Source of the DNA: Deltaproteobacteria bacterium
GTDB taxonomy: Bacteria > Myxococcota_A > UBA796 > SXON01
Assembly (NCBI GenBank): GCA_016875435.1
Contig: VGRE01000002.1
Coordinates: 1 to 48,663, forward strand
DNA: 48,663 nt
Reading direction: 5' to 3'
Below the pieces are notes generated by a model that did no database searches, was not told the DNA's origin, and was given only the letters and a program-made list of their open reading frames with translations. This document shows positions 37,966-46,373 of this stretch, piece after piece (the stretch's first letter is position 1; each line of letters begins with the position of its first letter). A program made the translations under genes and the position numbers.

Positions 37966-38298
37966 GTGATCCTCGACCTGGACGGGGTGTCGTCGTATTG
38001 CGACGCTTTCGTGATCTGCAACGGGACGAGTCGCCGCCAGGTCCGCGCGGTGGCCGAGGGGATCATCGAGGAACTCCGGGCGAGTGGTCGGCGTCTCGTC
38101 GGTGTCGAAGGGCTCGACGCGTGCCGCTGGGTCCTACTCGACTTCGGCGAGGTGATCGTCCACGTGTTCGACGAGGCGATGCGAGGGTTCTACGACCTCG
38201 AGTCCCTATGGGGCGACGCGCGACGCGTGGACATCCCGGGGGTGACCCAGCCGGCCCCGGCAATCCTGCCGCGCCGCGAAAGCCCGGCGCGCGTGTAG
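37966..38298 (+). CDS. rsfS: ribosomal silencing factor RsfS (iojap family); true 5' end probably upstream of 37966
   Basis: Motifs DAFVICNGTSRRQVRAVAE and WVLLDFGEVIVHVF..RGFYDLESLW. The conserved N-terminal helix (SELARAAAEAAAARKAEDI) is encoded in-frame at 37909-37965, but no ATG/GTG/TTG precedes it. Confidence 0.85.
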   Translation: MILDLDGVSSYCDAFVICNGTSRRQVRAVAEGIIEELRASGRRLVGVEGLDACRWVLLDFGEVIVHVFDEAMRGFYDLESLWGDARRVDIPGVTQPAPAILPRRESPARV

Positions 38299-38319
38299 GG
38301 ACGGCCGCCGGCCGCTTTC

Positions 38320-38730
38320 GTGGACATCCTTGTCGTCACCGGACCGGGGCGCGCGCCCCGGTGGTGCGAGGAGGCCTGCGCCGACTGGAGCACGCGCATC
38401 TCCCGGAGTTTCCCGGTGCGCCTCCAGCCCGAGGCCCCCCGGTTCCCGGCGCGCGCCCGGGTGATTGCCCTGGACGAGCGGGGCGAGGAGCGCGACAGCC
38501 GTGGCTTCGCCTCGCTGCTGGAGGAGGCCATCCGCGCCGGGGCCCAACCCCTCTGCTTCGTCATTGGCGGTCCGTACGGGCTCGACGAGGCGGTGCGCGC
38601 GCGCGCTGACCGCACGCTGCGCCTGAGCGCGCTGGTGCTCAACCACGCGGTCGCGCGCGTCGTCCTGTTGGAGCAGATCTACCGGGCCTGTGCGATCCGC
38701 GCGGGGAGCCCCTACCACCACGGCGATTGA
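38320..38730 (+). CDS. rlmH: 23S rRNA (pseudouridine1915-N3)-methyltransferase
   Basis: GTG at 38320. SPOUT motifs FVIGGPYGLDEAV and LSALVLNHAVARVVLLEQIYRA. The rsfS-rlmH pairing is conserved. Confidence 0.88.
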   Translation: MDILVVTGPGRAPRWCEEACADWSTRISRSFPVRLQPEAPRFPARARVIALDERGEERDSRGFASLLEEAIRAGAQPLCFVIGGPYGLDEAVRARADRTLRLSALVLNHAVARVVLLEQIYRACAIRAGSPYHHGD

Positions 38731-38743
38731 CCCTCCCGCCGGG

Positions 38744-39394
38744 GTGCACAGCTTCCGCGCCGTGCTCGCCCTCCTCGCCGTCCCCGAGTGCCCCGCCTGC
38801 GCCGGCCCCGCGGAGGCCGGTCGCGTGTGCGGTGACTGCCTGGCGGAGTTGCAGCGCCCGCTGCGCGAGGAACCCTGTCGCGGCACGCCGTTCGCGAGCT
38901 TCCGCACGGGAGGTCCCTACGGAGGACCCCTCGGCGCCCTGGTTCGCGCGGCGAAGTTCGGTCCCGACGAGGCCATCGCCCATACGCTCGCGCGATCGAT
39001 CGCGGCGCGTTTTCCACCGGTCGCCTTCGCGGCGATCGTGCCCGTTCCCACCACGCCGTGGCGCCGACTCCAGCGGGGCTTCCACCTGCCCGAGTTGATG
39101 GCGGCGGCGCTGGCGCGGTCGACGGGATCGCCGCTTGCGTTCCCGTTGCGGCGCCGTTGGGGCGCGGCGCAGTCCGGCCGCGACGACGCGGCACGCCGGG
39201 GAGCAGCTTCCAGCCTGCTTCGTGCTGCCCACCCGGCGAGCGGTCGCGTGCTCCTGGTCGACGACGTGCTCACCACTGGCGCCACGCTCTCGGCCGCCGC
39301 ACACGAGTTGACCGCGGCTGGCGCGAGCGAGGTTCACGGCGTGGTCGTGGCGTCCAGCGGTCCGCCCCTGCGAGCGGGCGTCGGGTTTTCTTGA
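38744..39394 (+). CDS. comF: ComF-family phosphoribosyltransferase-like protein
   Basis: GTG at 38744 just after the rlmH stop (the ORF opens at 38690). N-terminal CPACAG..CGDC zinc ribbon. PRT motif VLLVDDVLTTGATL. Confidence 0.8.
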   Translation: MHSFRAVLALLAVPECPACAGPAEAGRVCGDCLAELQRPLREEPCRGTPFASFRTGGPYGGPLGALVRAAKFGPDEAIAHTLARSIAARFPPVAFAAIVPVPTTPWRRLQRGFHLPELMAAALARSTGSPLAFPLRRRWGAAQSGRDDAARRGAASSLLRAAHPASGRVLLVDDVLTTGATLSAAAHELTAAGASEVHGVVVASSGPPLRAGVGFS

Positions 39395-39478
39395 CATCGT
39401 CGCGACTTTGATGACGACCCTGGGGCGTATTTCTCCTCAAGCGGCCCTGGCGGGGGCCGAATGAGCCCACGAGGACGT

Positions 39479-39494
39479 TGGAACGGAAGTTGCA
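39479..39494 (+). promoter_or_regulatory. candidate sigma54 (RpoN) -24/-12 promoter
   Basis: TGGAACG-GAAG-TTGCA against consensus TGGCACG-N4-TTGCW: exact spacing, one mismatch. It is followed by GGGAGG (39512-39517) and the ATG at 39524. Confidence 0.55.
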
Positions 39495-39523
39495 GTGAAC
39501 TCAAACGAGCCTGGGAGGCCTTG

Positions 39524-39688
39524 ATGTCTACCACGATCGACACGAATCTCGGCGAGCTCATCTCGCGCTTCTACGAGGAGTTCCTCTCCATGTACGGAGA
39601 CGAGGAGCTTGCCAGCGTGGCGACCGCGGCGGTCATCAACGACCTGCTCGGGCAGGCGGCGGCGCAGTCGCACGAGGCGGCAGCGTAG
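39524..39688 (+). CDS. small acidic hypothetical protein (54 aa)
   Basis: ATG at 39524 with a GGGAGG SD 6 nt upstream. MSTTIDTNLGELISRFYEEFLSMYGDEELASVATAAVINDLLGQ.., net charge about -8. The longer 39461 start lies upstream of the putative promoter. Confidence 0.45.
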   Translation: MSTTIDTNLGELISRFYEEFLSMYGDEELASVATAAVINDLLGQAAAQSHEAAA

Positions 39689-39816
39689 CCCAACGGCCAG
39701 CCGCGCCGAGACCGGCTGGGGAGGCCAGTCTCGGCGTGCGCTTCCTTTTGGGAGGCGCAAAAGATGCGGTCGGTGGCGTCGCGAACGGATAGGAGACACG
39801 TCCCCCGGGGTCCGTC

Positions 39817-41277
39817 TTGGAACCCAAGCTCCGCGTCCTTCCCACCGTCGCCAACCCCGCCCTCGAGAACGCCGCCCGGCGCCATTGGGCCGCCATCACC
39901 GTGGCCGTGGCCTGGGAGCTCGCGCGTTGCCAGTCGAAGGTGCGCGCGCCCTTGCTCGAGGCCGCACGCGAACACGCGTTGTGGCGGGTGGGGGCCGACG
40001 CCAGTCTCGCCGAGGCCGAGGCCGTCGCCGCTGCGGCGGCTCGCGACTACCTAGACCGCCGGGCGGGGAAGTACGCGCCCTTCGTCGACGACCCTGACGA
40101 CGGCATCCTGCCCGACCCTCGGTGGCGCGAGGCGGTGCTGGGGTCGGTGACGCCGATGCACGAGGCGGTGTTCCGCCTGCACTACGGGGACGGCGTGCCG
40201 CTGGAGTCGGTGGCGCGAAAGCTCGAGGTCGACCTGAGCTGGGTGCGGCCTGCCCGGGAGGCGGTGCGCGAGCTGGTGCGCGCGGTGGTGGCCGAGGACG
40301 GCATCAGTACCGAGGGCTGGGCCGCCGAGCGGCTCGACCGCCTCGTTACCCGGGTCGCGCTCGCCGCGGGCGACCGTTGCCCCGGGCCCGGCGGTCTGGC
40401 CACCGAACTCGGCAGAGCACACGCCGAGGAGTGCCCGCGCTGCGGTCGCGCGTTGCGTCTGTTCCGCGAGGGGGTCGTGGCGCCTGCCGACCTGTTCCCC
40501 CCGCCGAACGAGATCCCGGTGCCGCCCGCGGCCCAGCGGCTCGTGCTGGTGGAGCTACACCCCGACCAGCGTCGCCACGCGCGGGCCCTCGACGCGGCCC
40601 TGACGACCTTTGTGCGGGTCGATCCCGACACGCTCGTCGGCCCCCCGGGCGAGGCCGCCCACGCTGCCCTCGTCGAGCTGGCGCTGGAGGGCAAGCCACC
40701 TCGCGCGGCCCTGCGGGTGGCCAGCGCCGCCGTCCCCGGCGCCCTGCGGGATGGCGTCGTGATCGGCCATGTGCTCGCCCGTCTCCGCGAACTCGCCCGT
40801 ACCTTGCCCTGGGGAGAGGTACGCGGTGTCGAGCCTCTGCCCGACCCCCTTCCCCCTCCTCCCTCCGCCGCGCGCTGGTGGGCCACGGCGGGGCTCCTCG
40901 TCACCTTTGCCGTGGGCGCGGCGGTGCTCGCCACGCGCCCGGCGGAGCAAGGGGCCCGCTTCGAGCTCGCGGGGGCGCGCGTGGTCGACACCGTCGTGTT
41001 CGACACAAGCGACGAGGCGTACGTCGACGTGGCCGCCATCGGCCCGGGCCACGCCGAGCTGCTGTTCCACTCGACGACGCCTTCCGAGAAGGCCGCGATC
41101 GCCACCGGCGACGGGCGGTTCCGCTTGCCGGCCGACAGTCGCGCCATCCTGCTGGTGTCGGCGGGCGAGGAACTCCGCGATATGGCCGAGATCGTCGCCG
41201 CCGCGAGCAGCGCCGAGGACGCGCGGCGTCGCGTGCGCGATCGCTACCCCTCCGCGGCCGCGCTGCTCGTGCGATAG
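39817..41277 (+). CDS. membrane protein combining a sigma-70 region-4-like HTH, a ZAS anti-sigma zinc motif, one TM helix and an extracytoplasmic domain
   Basis: 486-aa ORF (TTG at 39817; start uncertain). Motifs VFRLHYGDGVPLESVARKLEVDLSWVRPAREAVRELV, HAEECPRC (HxxxCxxC, 40420-40443), and TM WWATAGLLVTFAVGAAVLA (about 40873-40932). Confidence 0.7.
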   Translation: MEPKLRVLPTVANPALENAARRHWAAITVAVAWELARCQSKVRAPLLEAAREHALWRVGADASLAEAEAVAAAAARDYLDRRAGKYAPFVDDPDDGILPDPRWREAVLGSVTPMHEAVFRLHYGDGVPLESVARKLEVDLSWVRPAREAVRELVRAVVAEDGISTEGWAAERLDRLVTRVALAAGDRCPGPGGLATELGRAHAEECPRCGRALRLFREGVVAPADLFPPPNEIPVPPAAQRLVLVELHPDQRRHARALDAALTTFVRVDPDTLVGPPGEAAHAALVELALEGKPPRAALRVASAAVPGALRDGVVIGHVLARLRELARTLPWGEVRGVEPLPDPLPPPPSAARWWATAGLLVTFAVGAAVLATRPAEQGARFELAGARVVDTVVFDTSDEAYVDVAAIGPGHAELLFHSTTPSEKAAIATGDGRFRLPADSRAILLVSAGEELRDMAEIVAAASSAEDARRRVRDRYPSAAALLVR

Positions 41278-41287
41278 CCCTCACCGA

Positions 41288-41740
41288 ATGCCGCTCACCC
41301 CGCTCGACATCCTCAACAGGCAGTTCCCTCCCGCGCGACGGGGCGGCTACGAGCCCGCCGACGTGCACGCCTTCCTCGACCAAGTGCGCGAGTCGCTGGA
41401 AGGCAGCCTGCGAGAGAACCTCCGATTGCGCGAGGAAATCCTCGAGCGCGACCGCGAGATCGCGGGGATGCGTGCCGAGGCGGGCGACATCAAGGAGGCG
41501 CTGGTGCTCGCGCGGCGTCTCGCCGTCGACATGGAGAACAACGCGCGCCGCGAGGCCGACATCGTCGTGGGCGAGGCTCGCCTCGAGGCGGAGCAGATCC
41601 TTGCCGCGGCGCGGGACGAAGACCGGATGCTCGCGGAGCACCTTGTCCGCATGAAGACTGCCAAGATTCACCACCTGGCGCAGCTCCGCGCCCTCGTGCA
41701 GGCCCAATCCAAGATCGTCGAAGAGCTCGAGCGAGAGTGA
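41288..41740 (+). CDS. divIVA: DivIVA-domain protein
   Basis: ATG at 41288. Motif MPLTPLDILNRQFPPARRGGYEPADVHAFLDQV followed by a coiled coil. Confidence 0.88.
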   Translation: MPLTPLDILNRQFPPARRGGYEPADVHAFLDQVRESLEGSLRENLRLREEILERDREIAGMRAEAGDIKEALVLARRLAVDMENNARREADIVVGEARLEAEQILAAARDEDRMLAEHLVRMKTAKIHHLAQLRALVQAQSKIVEELERE

Positions 41741-42525
41741 AGCTCGACCTCCACGTGCATACCGATCGCAGCGACGGGAAGTACGCGCCCGACGAGGTGC
41801 TGCGCCGCGCCGCCGCCGCCGGGCTCGACGCCATCGCCGTGGCTGACCACGACCTCGACCCGGTGCTCGTTCCTGGCCTGCGCGAGGTGGATGGTCACGC
41901 CATCCGGGTGATCGCCGCCGCCGAGGTGAGCGGTCATCACGACGGGCGCGAGTACCACCTGCTCGTGTATTTCCCCGGCGATCCCCCGCCCGAGGCGCGC
42001 ACCTTCCTTCGCGCTCGCGCGGCGTCGCGCTCGCGTCGCTTTGACGAGGCCATGGCGAGGCTCGGCGTCGAGGCCCGGGCCTCCGCCGAGGCCACCCGAG
42101 GAGAGATCGCGCTCACGCGCTTCCACATGGCGCGTGAGCTGGAAAGCAGCGGTCGCGTGCGGCGCGCGCATGACGCCTGGACCTTGCTGGGCGCCGACAA
42201 CGTGCCGCTGATCGACCTTGCCTTCGTCGATGCCATTCGCATCGCGCGTGGCTGGGGCGCGCTCACCTCCTGGGCCCACCCGCCGCTGGCCGACGCCAAC
42301 CGCCACCTTGCCGTGTTCGTGGCGGCGGGCCTGCACGCGGTGGAGGCGAGCCGCCCGAGCCACGACCGCGCCACCCGCAACGGCCTGTCGCGGCTGGCGA
42401 AGCGCTTCGGCATCCTCGTCACCGGTGGATCCGACTGGCACGGCTGGTGGGAGGGCGAACTCGGCCTCTACCGTTTCGAGCACGACCCGGCCCAGCGGTT
42501 CATGTCGCGACTTGATGCGGCGTAG
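41737..42525 (+). CDS. PHP-domain metal-dependent phosphoesterase
   Basis: The GTG at 41737 overlaps the divIVA stop. Motifs LDLHVHTDRSDG, AIAVADHD, SWAHP, GGSDWHG. Confidence 0.82.
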   Translation: MKLDLHVHTDRSDGKYAPDEVLRRAAAAGLDAIAVADHDLDPVLVPGLREVDGHAIRVIAAAEVSGHHDGREYHLLVYFPGDPPPEARTFLRARAASRSRRFDEAMARLGVEARASAEATRGEIALTRFHMARELESSGRVRRAHDAWTLLGADNVPLIDLAFVDAIRIARGWGALTSWAHPPLADANRHLAVFVAAGLHAVEASRPSHDRATRNGLSRLAKRFGILVTGGSDWHGWWEGELGLYRFEHDPAQRFMSRLDAA

Positions 42526-42546
42526 GCATCGCCCGGCGCGGACCTA

Positions 42547-43314
42547 GTGCCGCCGCTGGTCGTCTTCGGGGGTGGCCTGCTCGCCCTGGCGGTGGGGCGT
42601 GCCGCCGCCGCGCGCGGACAAGCGGTGACGGTGGCGTCGCCCCGCCCCTGTGTGGTGGCCGGCTGGTGGCGCCAGTTCCCCGGCCCGCGCGACACCCTGG
42701 ACTGGATGCCCGGAGGTGCCGAGGTGATCGTGGCGGTCGGCCCCAGCCGATCCGTGCCCGTCGACCGCGCCTGGGGCGAAGGCTTGGCCGTGCTCCTGTC
42801 GCGACTCGGGCACTCGGCTCGGGTGGTGCTCGCCGGTCCCTTGCCTGGCCGCGAGCCCTCCATCGAGCTCTTCGAGCGCGTGCTGGAGCGCTGGCCCGGG
42901 CCCTGCCTCCGCGTGGCTCCGCTCTTCGGGCAGGGCGACACCGGGCCGGGGCAGTGGGCGTCGACTCTCCGGGCCGGCGGCACGGTGCGCCTGGGTGAAG
43001 CCCCGGCCGTGCGCTGGCTCGCGGCGGACGACGCCGCACGGGTGATGCTGGGCGACCTGTCGCCGGGCGAGCACCTCGCCACCGGCGGCGAGGTCTGGAC
43101 GCCGGGCGACGTCGCCGACCGCCTCGCGATGCGATTTGGTGGACGGCGGGCTCGCCCGCTCCTCGGCGCGGGGCTGCCCCGCGACGTCCTTGCCCGGCTC
43201 CGCGCGTGGTCCGGCCACCCGGATCGCTGGGACGAGGCTCGCTGGGGACCGCGCACCTCGCTCGCGGCGTGGGTCGAGCGCCTTCCCGGTCCCCGGCGCC
43301 GCGCGACGGGTTAG
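42547..43314 (+). CDS. hypothetical protein, possibly a degenerate NAD(P)-binding Rossmann fold
   Basis: GTG at 42547. N-terminal VVFGGGLLALAVGRAAAARGQAVTVAS resembles a GxGxxG beta-alpha-beta unit. GC3-rich frame. Confidence 0.45.
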   Translation: MPPLVVFGGGLLALAVGRAAAARGQAVTVASPRPCVVAGWWRQFPGPRDTLDWMPGGAEVIVAVGPSRSVPVDRAWGEGLAVLLSRLGHSARVVLAGPLPGREPSIELFERVLERWPGPCLRVAPLFGQGDTGPGQWASTLRAGGTVRLGEAPAVRWLAADDAARVMLGDLSPGEHLATGGEVWTPGDVADRLAMRFGGRRARPLLGAGLPRDVLARLRAWSGHPDRWDEARWGPRTSLAAWVERLPGPRRRATG

Positions 43315-43343
43315 CCTGAGGCGGCTTTTCCCCGGAGTTCCCC

Positions 43344-43661
43344 TTGGCCGAGACCCGCGAGTTCTTCCACGACTACATGCCCAAGAAGCTGACGGACAAC
43401 CCTAGCCTCGTCACCTCGGTGAAGGCGGTGTTCCAGTTCAACATCACCGACGCCGGCACGTGGACGGTCGACCTCAAGAACCCCCCCGGGGCGGTCACCG
43501 AGGGCGAGGCCGTTGCCGCCGACTGCGTGATCACCGTCGCCAAGGCCGACTGGGAGAAGCTGCTCGACACCCCGACCCTCGGGATGCAGTTGTTCATGAC
43601 CGGTAAGCTCAAGGCGAGCAATATCGCGCTGGCGATGCAGCTCCAGAAGATTCTGGCCTAG
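43344..43661 (+). CDS. SCP2 sterol-carrier-like domain protein
   Basis: 105-aa ORF (TTG at 43344). Motif FQFNITDAGTWTVDLKN..ADCVITVAKADWEKLL..LGMQLFMTGKLKASNIALAMQL. Confidence 0.75.
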   Translation: MAETREFFHDYMPKKLTDNPSLVTSVKAVFQFNITDAGTWTVDLKNPPGAVTEGEAVAADCVITVAKADWEKLLDTPTLGMQLFMTGKLKASNIALAMQLQKILA

Positions 43662-43810
43662 TAGGCTGTAGGTCCTGAGCGTCGGCACGACGGGCATCGT
43701 CGTGACACGCGGCCGTGCTCGCCGCGCCCGCCGTCGCCCGCCGCCTGCAGAGGCCCCGCATCACCGAAAACCAACCTACAGACTAAGCCCTACAGCCTAC
43801 AGCCTAGCCC
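43655..43810. repeat. inverted repeat plus CCTACAG heptamer repeats spanning a convergent intergenic region
   Basis: GTAGGCTGTAGG (43661-43672) pairs with CCTACAGCCTAC (43789-43800). CCTACAG occurs at 43775, 43789 and 43796. A central hairpin cacgacg-ggcat-cgtcgtg lies at 43686-43704. Both flanking TAG stops lie in the arms. Confidence 0.7.
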
Positions 43811-44274
43811 CACCGCTTCTCCGCCGTCGCCAGCAGATCGCGGTGGGCCTTGTCCTCGTCGGCCATCTTCACCAGGAGATCGCCGAACTCGGGGAAGAGC
43901 TTGAAGAACTGCGTGCGCCCGTGCAACTCGGCGCTGTGCTCCTCCACTCGGCGCGCCAGCCGCAACGCGTCGGCCACGCCGATGCCGTGTCGCTCGCAGC
44001 GGGCCCGTTCCTCGCGGATCTCGGCGAGGAAGGCGGCGGCGTCGGTGCTCTCGGCATCGTAGCCCTGCTCGCCCTGAGGCCGCGCCGTCGACATCGCGCT
44101 CTGGTGGATGCGGATGGAGGCGGCATGGTAGCGCTCCGCCTCGGCGTACAGGCGCCAGAAGTAGGCCAGCTCCCGCTTGTCGGCGAAGGTCTTGGCGAAC
44201 ACCTCGTACAGCGCGGCGCACTCGAGCTCGATGGCCACCGCTAGTTCAAGCACGTCTTTCCAGGTCGACGCCAT
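43804..44274 (-). CDS. ferritin-like/rubrerythrin-like four-helix-bundle protein
   Basis: ATG at 44274 with GAGG upstream (TTG at 44292 possible). ExxH-type pairs: AIELECAALY, AEAERYHA, VEEHSAELH, DEDKAHRDLL. Confidence 0.65.
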   Translation of the reverse strand: MASTWKDVLELAVAIELECAALYEVFAKTFADKRELAYFWRLYAEAERYHAASIRIHQSAMSTARPQGEQGYDAESTDAAAFLAEIREERARCERHGIGVADALRLARRVEEHSAELHGRTQFFKLFPEFGDLLVKMADEDKAHRDLLATAEKRWG

Positions 44275-44309
44275 CTCCGCCTCGCGTGACAAATTCTAAC
44301 GCGAGCGAT

Positions 44310-45845
44310 CTAGGGCGACCCGGCCGAGCGGGTCTCGTCCAGGATGCCGTCGCCCACCACGTCGGCAAGCCCATACACCGTCTCCTGGGGATTCACGCCC
44401 GTGGAGGTGGGGAAGATCGAGGCGTCGGCCACGTAGAGGTTGTCGTAGCTCCACATGCGTCCGGTAGGCGAGACCACACAACGGGCGCGACGACTGCCCA
44501 TTCGAGCCGTCCCCATCTGGTGGAAACAAACCAGGGCGAGCTCGCCGATGCCCCAGCCCACGTCGTCGAGCTTGCGGAAGTCGCGAGTGGAGCGGAAGTA
44601 GGTGAGCTTGTTGTGCGCGGTGAGCGCCATTGCCGCGCCAGCCGCGAGCCAGGCCTCGGCGGCGCGCTCGGTCGAGAGCCGCAGCCGGTGGGCATCGCTG
44701 GGCGCCAGGCTCGCCTCGATGATCGGGCGGCCCTTGCCCACGCGGACGCGTCCCGGGACGTAGTCCCGGAGCAGCAGCCCCGCCGCCGCGTAGTGGTTGT
44801 AGCGGCGGAACTCCGCCTGTCGCTCGGCGCCGAGGCCGGGAAGGATGGTGGAGGTCAGCGCCGGAGGCGCGCCGATGCCCTCGATGAGCACGTCGATCGG
44901 GTGCTCGTGGAGCACCCAGCTGAACTCGCCGATGTAGTAGCCCTGCTTGATCCCCTCGTAGTTGGCAATGCGCTCGCCGGGGAAGTACCCCACCACGGGG
45001 GTGCCGGGGTGGGCATAGAAGTTCTCGCCGAGCTGGCCCGAGGGGTCGTCGACCCCGGAGGACAGCAGCAGGTACGGCGTGTGGATCGCGCCGCCCGACA
45101 CCACCACCACGTCGGCCTTCACCGTGAACTCGCCGCGCGGCTGGCGGTCGGCGCCGAGGAGGCTGCCGCGCACCCCGGTGGCCCGGCCCGCGGCGGTGTC
45201 GACGCGGTCGACGCGGGCCTCGGTGAGCAAGGTGGCGCCGTGCTGCGTGGCGATGGGGACGTAGGTGATCGCAGCCGACTGCTTGGCGTTGTAGCTACAG
45301 CCGAGGTCGCAGAAGCCCGAGCCGTAGCACTGGTAGGCGTTGCGATGGAAGGTGTCGCCCTTCCAGCCGAGGCGCTCGGTGCCCTGCCGGAGCTTGTCGT
45401 TGTTCTTGTTGAGGTTCCCCGGGTCGAGCTTCCGAACGTGGAGCACCTCCTCGATCGCGTCGAAGCGCGGTGCCATCCTCTCGGGCGACAGCTCGTCGAG
45501 CCCGAAGCGGCGCTGCCAGTCGTACAACAGCCGCGCGGGCGTGCGGAAGCAGTCGAGGTAGTTCACCACCGAGCTGCCGCCCACCGCCCGGCCGTGGAGC
45601 ACGCCCATCGCCCCGTTCTCCGAGGTGCGCAGCCCGCCCTCGTAGTAGAGCTTGCGCATCATCTCCGACTCGCGCTGGCTCATCTCGCTGGCCGGCACGT
45701 GCGGGCCGGCCTCCACCATCACCACGCTCCGGCCCGCGCGCGCCAGCTTCGCCGCCACGCTCGCGCCGCCGGGCCCGGTGCCCACCACCACCACGTCGGC
45801 CGCCAGCGCCAGCCCGGGCTGGGCCTCGGTGCCCGAGATCCTCAC
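44310..45845 (-). CDS. GMC-family FAD-dependent oxidoreductase
   Basis: The GTG at 45845 overlaps the upstream TGA. FAD fold DVVVVGTGPGGASVAAKLARAGRSVVMVEAG. C-terminal GMC motif GTARMG..VVSP.G..NLYVADASIFPTS. Confidence 0.88.
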   Translation of the reverse strand: MRISGTEAQPGLALAADVVVVGTGPGGASVAAKLARAGRSVVMVEAGPHVPASEMSQRESEMMRKLYYEGGLRTSENGAMGVLHGRAVGGSSVVNYLDCFRTPARLLYDWQRRFGLDELSPERMAPRFDAIEEVLHVRKLDPGNLNKNNDKLRQGTERLGWKGDTFHRNAYQCYGSGFCDLGCSYNAKQSAAITYVPIATQHGATLLTEARVDRVDTAAGRATGVRGSLLGADRQPRGEFTVKADVVVVSGGAIHTPYLLLSSGVDDPSGQLGENFYAHPGTPVVGYFPGERIANYEGIKQGYYIGEFSWVLHEHPIDVLIEGIGAPPALTSTILPGLGAERQAEFRRYNHYAAAGLLLRDYVPGRVRVGKGRPIIEASLAPSDAHRLRLSTERAAEAWLAAGAAMALTAHNKLTYFRSTRDFRKLDDVGWGIGELALVCFHQMGTARMGSRRARCVVSPTGRMWSYDNLYVADASIFPTSTGVNPQETVYGLADVVGDGILDETRSAGSP

Positions 45846-46354
45846 GAGGGCTCCCCGAAGCGGAGCGGGTGCGCGGCAAGCGGCACCCGGCCGAGCCAGG
45901 GCCCGGGGTAGTCGAGCTGCGCCCAGGTGGCCTCGTTGCCGTAGCAGTGGGCGAGCACGAGCTGCCGCAGTGCCTGGCCCACCTGCCGCCGGAAGGGGAG
46001 GGGACTCTCCAGCCAGTCGACCAGCGCCGCGGCCTGGGTAGCGGGGGCGAGCCCGGCGTAGGCGCCCCAGGTCGGGACGAGGACGCGCGAGAGCTTGTCG
46101 AAGGTCGACGGGAGCGAGGCCAGGACGGGTTGTTTGTCGGCGTCGAGGAAACCGAGCGTTTCCTGGAGCGCGGGACGGATGTCGAGCGCCTCGGCGCCCG
46201 GCCCGTACACCACGCCCTTGAGCGCGTCGAGCACGTCGAGGTCGGCGGGGCCGAAACTCGCCACCGGGGGCGGCAGGGCCGCATGCAGCGAGCGAGGAAT
46301 CGCCGCCGCTGCCGCGACGGCGCCAAGCGCGAGGGCCCGCCGGGAGAGCATCAT
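45842..46354 (-). CDS. Tat-signal small subunit (gluconate 2-dehydrogenase subunit-3-like) partner of the GMC oxidoreductase
   Basis: 170-aa ORF. N-terminal MMLSRRALALGAVAAAAAI (Tat-like). Translationally coupled to the GMC gene. The family call is from memory of the typical pairing. Confidence 0.5.
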   Translation of the reverse strand: MMLSRRALALGAVAAAAAIPRSLHAALPPPVASFGPADLDVLDALKGVVYGPGAEALDIRPALQETLGFLDADKQPVLASLPSTFDKLSRVLVPTWGAYAGLAPATQAAALVDWLESPLPFRRQVGQALRQLVLAHCYGNEATWAQLDYPGPWLGRVPLAAHPLRFGEPS

Positions 46355-46373
46355 CCCGGGGGAAGTATCCCGC

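Noticed and set aside
39391-39419. Perfect TTGACA -35 hexamer at the comF stop
   Set aside because: No acceptable -10 hexamer lies at 16-18 nt spacing (acgacc, gacgac, cgaccc). The sigma54-type element downstream explains the region better.
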